IMG/VR virus record: IMGVR_UViG_2731957753_000001
Span: 1-64,000 of that record
DNA: 64,000 nucleotides
Strand: one strand, 5' to 3'
Origin: a virus
Lineage: Duplodnaviria > Caudoviricetes
Shown here: positions 62,306-64,000 of the stretch, in pieces
Layout of the letters: every line of letters starts with the position of its first letter
Position numbering within the stretch: position 1 is the first letter of the stretch
The notes under the pieces: generated by a model
Seen by the model: the letters and a program-made list of their open reading frames with translations, nothing else
Databases searched by the model: none
What the model was told of the DNA's origin: nothing
Program-made: the position numbers and the translations under genes

Positions 62306-62853
62306 GCTGCCTCCACAGTCGGGACCGAAAGCTTTTCGAGCACAGACCGGTTCAGCGCGGGAAGTTCGGCGAGTGGCCGGCCGATTAGATGCATGCCGAT
62401 GTCGAGCAGTGCGACCGCGTCGGCCACATCGTTTCCGGTGACCTCGATATCCAGGTATCGGCGGACGACCGCAGCGAGAACGGCGTCTTTGTCTGCGTTG
62501 CCTTTCCCGGTAGCGAACCGTTTCAGCACGGTCGGTTCGATCGGGAGGACAGTGCATCCGATGTCATGCAGGGTGTCCACTACCCGCCACCACAGGCCCG
62601 CCCGATCCCACACAGACCCGGTAGACGACCCGTAGGCGGGTGCCTCCACCAACACGAACGCATCGAAACTGATGCTGTCGGTGACCTGGTCGGCGAGTCG
62701 GTTGATGCGAGCCCTGCGCTGCCTCCACGTGTCGGTTTTAGCGCCTTTGGAACGGATCCGATGCGTCCGGATGTCACCGCGCGCATCCCAGGCCGCGATA
62801 CCGGTTGAGGTAAGCGAAAGGTCGAGGCCCACCACTTCGGGATAGTCGGTCAA
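62302..62853 (-). CDS. RuvC-like Holliday junction resolvase
   Basis: VGLDLSLTSTG, LVEAP, KRFATGKGNADK, NDVADA. Confidence 0.9.
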   Translation of the reverse strand: MTDYPEVVGLDLSLTSTGIAAWDARGDIRTHRIRSKGAKTDTWRQRRARINRLADQVTDSISFDAFVLVEAPAYGSSTGSVWDRAGLWWRVVDTLHDIGCTVLPIEPTVLKRFATGKGNADKDAVLAAVVRRYLDIEVTGNDVADAVALLDIGMHLIGRPLAELPALNRSVLEKLSVPTVEAA

Positions 62854-63077
62854 AGTTCGCTCCAGGTCAAATAGTCGTGAAGTGTCGGGTATTCGTGCCC
62901 GCAGCCGTCGCACGGGATGGGTTTCGTGCGTCGTCGGTAGGCGTCGGCAATAGCTTGCAGGCAGTCGGCGCACGCGTTCCGGGTTGCGCATCCATGCCAG
63001 TTGGTGACGTATTCGGCGGGCGGGGCGGGAGCGAACGGACCAAACAGGTGCAGATCCGATTCGCACAGGGCGGTCAT
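62850..63077 (-). CDS. Small zinc-binding protein (75 aa)
   Basis: HGC...CADC...CDGC. Confidence 0.65.
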   Translation of the reverse strand: MTALCESDLHLFGPFAPAPPAEYVTNWHGCATRNACADCLQAIADAYRRRTKPIPCDGCGHEYPTLHDYLTWSEL

Positions 63078-63346
63078 AACGGGGTCACCTGAACGCAGTC
63101 CTCGAACACGCGGAATGACTGCTTACAGGCGAAACAGTTCACCGCACCCTCCAGGACGACAATCTCATTGAATCGCTGGCGCCCAACCTTCATGCAGGCG
63201 ATACAGAGGGGGCCACCACCGCAACCGTGCTGGTCGGTGATGTAAGACGCCCGAGGGCGGTCGCCCTGATGGATGCTGGCGCAGCACTCGGGCGTGAAGT
63301 CCAGGTGCTCGATGCTCTCGACCCGTTCGCTGGTTTGGGTGCTCAT
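63074..63346 (-). CDS. Small zinc-binding protein (90 aa), similar pattern to the neighbour
   Basis: HGC...CIAC...CFAC. Confidence 0.65.
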   Translation of the reverse strand: MSTQTSERVESIEHLDFTPECCASIHQGDRPRASYITDQHGCGGGPLCIACMKVGRQRFNEIVVLEGAVNCFACKQSFRVFEDCVQVTPL

Positions 63347-63684
63347 GCTGCTTCTGCTTTCTTGCTGAGTGTTGAGGTGGTTTTGGTGGTGTGCCAGTGC
63401 TTCCCGGACGGGCACAGGTAGACGCGGGTGGGGCGGGTACCAGGACGCGGGGTGCGCAGGAATTTCGTGATCGCGTTCTCGGCTTGCTCGCGTGTGTTGT
63501 GCGCTTTCTTCCCCGGTGTCGGACAGGGACGTTCCGTCACAGTGATGATGTGCGCGTAAATCAGGGCCCGAGCCTTCGCACGCTCCGAATGCCGTCGTTC
63601 CGCCCCGCACGAACAGCGAGCCAGGAACCCGCTGTTCGTGCGACCCGTGTCCGGGATCAGATAGTGCGGCCGGCGGTTACGCAT
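63343..63684 (-). CDS. Zinc-binding hypothetical protein (113 aa)
   Basis: ARCSCG...CPTPGKK...VYLCPSGKHWHTT. Confidence 0.7.
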   Translation of the reverse strand: MRNRRPHYLIPDTGRTNSGFLARCSCGAERRHSERAKARALIYAHIITVTERPCPTPGKKAHNTREQAENAITKFLRTPRPGTRPTRVYLCPSGKHWHTTKTTSTLSKKAEAA

Positions 63685-64000
63685 GGCCTAGTTGCGCTTC
63701 GAGTTCAGCGATCCGGGCCGCGTCTCGCTGCTGCTTGGCTGCGATGGCGGCGTAATCCTGCTGCACGGCCTGCTGCAACCGACCGAGCGTGATGTGAGCG
63801 CCTTCCAACTGCTCCAGCAGCAGGGAGAGGTTGTTCACGGCCCAAGCGATCAGTTCGATATTCGGTTCGGCGGGCTCGTGATGCATGCGGGTCTGGTCGA
63901 CGGTCACGATCCTCTTGCAGAAACCGGTGTCACCGGCTTTGATGACCGTTTTCCGTCCGGCGCGCGTTCCGTCGATCTCCTCGACGACCTCCCACGGCCC
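63677..64000 (-). CDS. Hypothetical coiled-coil protein (5' end probably outside the window)
   Basis: The frame is open to the window edge (GPWEVVEEIDG...). Confidence 0.6.
   Translation of the reverse strand, partial: GPWEVVEEIDGTRAGRKTVIKAGDTGFCKRIVTVDQTRMHHEPAEPNIELIAWAVNNLSLLLEQLEGAHITLGRLQQAVQQDYAAIAAKQQRDAARIAELEAQLGHA

Larger units (their letters stand above)
1..64000. mobile_element. Temperate actinobacteriophage (siphovirus) genome segment in non-integrated configuration
   Basis: Complete head-tail-lysis module, tyrosine integrase, repressor/cro switch and replication genes; attP is flanked by phage genes on both sides; no host housekeeping genes. Confidence 0.95.

Noticed and set aside
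1-64000. DGR, retron or group II intron
   Set aside because: No reverse transcriptase (YxDD) ORF and no TR/VR pair noticed by eye; a self-alignment would be needed to exclude short TR/VR fully
63904-64000. Window ends joining into an exact circle
   Set aside because: Joining puts the HIT frame out of register with the natural-looking ORF at the right end, so sequence is missing between the ends

Overview
The whole window is one high-GC temperate siphovirus genome of an actinobacterial (Mycobacteriales-type, Rhodococcus/Gordonia-like) host; no host chromosomal genes are visible. Read on the minus strand it runs: middle genes (64000-55500), a non-coding RNA region with tRNA-Met and small pre-terminase genes (55400-51400), terminase/portal/capsid/tail/lysis (51361-20427), an intact attP (3' half of a tRNA-Lys(CTT)-like gene, 20150-20186), then plus-strand xis/int and repressor, and cro-driven recombination, replication, methylase and nucleotide-metabolism genes (16900-1). 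An intact attP flanked by phage genes on both sides suggests the excised or virion form, opened within the middle genes. The strongest novelty candidates are regulatory or RNA-based. (i) A ~560-nt tetraloop-rich non-coding transcript fused to tRNA-Met(CAT). (ii) A second ~200-300 nt antisense structured RNA next to a 30-aa hydrophobic peptide. (iii) A promoter class AATTCG-TGGTTTGAC-N8-nAnnnT repeated 7-8 times with fixed spacing. (iv) A covarying RNA leader in front of two unrelated HNH genes, one apparently starting at ATT. (v) A 3.2-kb antirepressor/DUF2510 cassette splitting the tail chaperones from the tape measure. All product calls come from motif recognition by eye; no database searches or folding programs were run.
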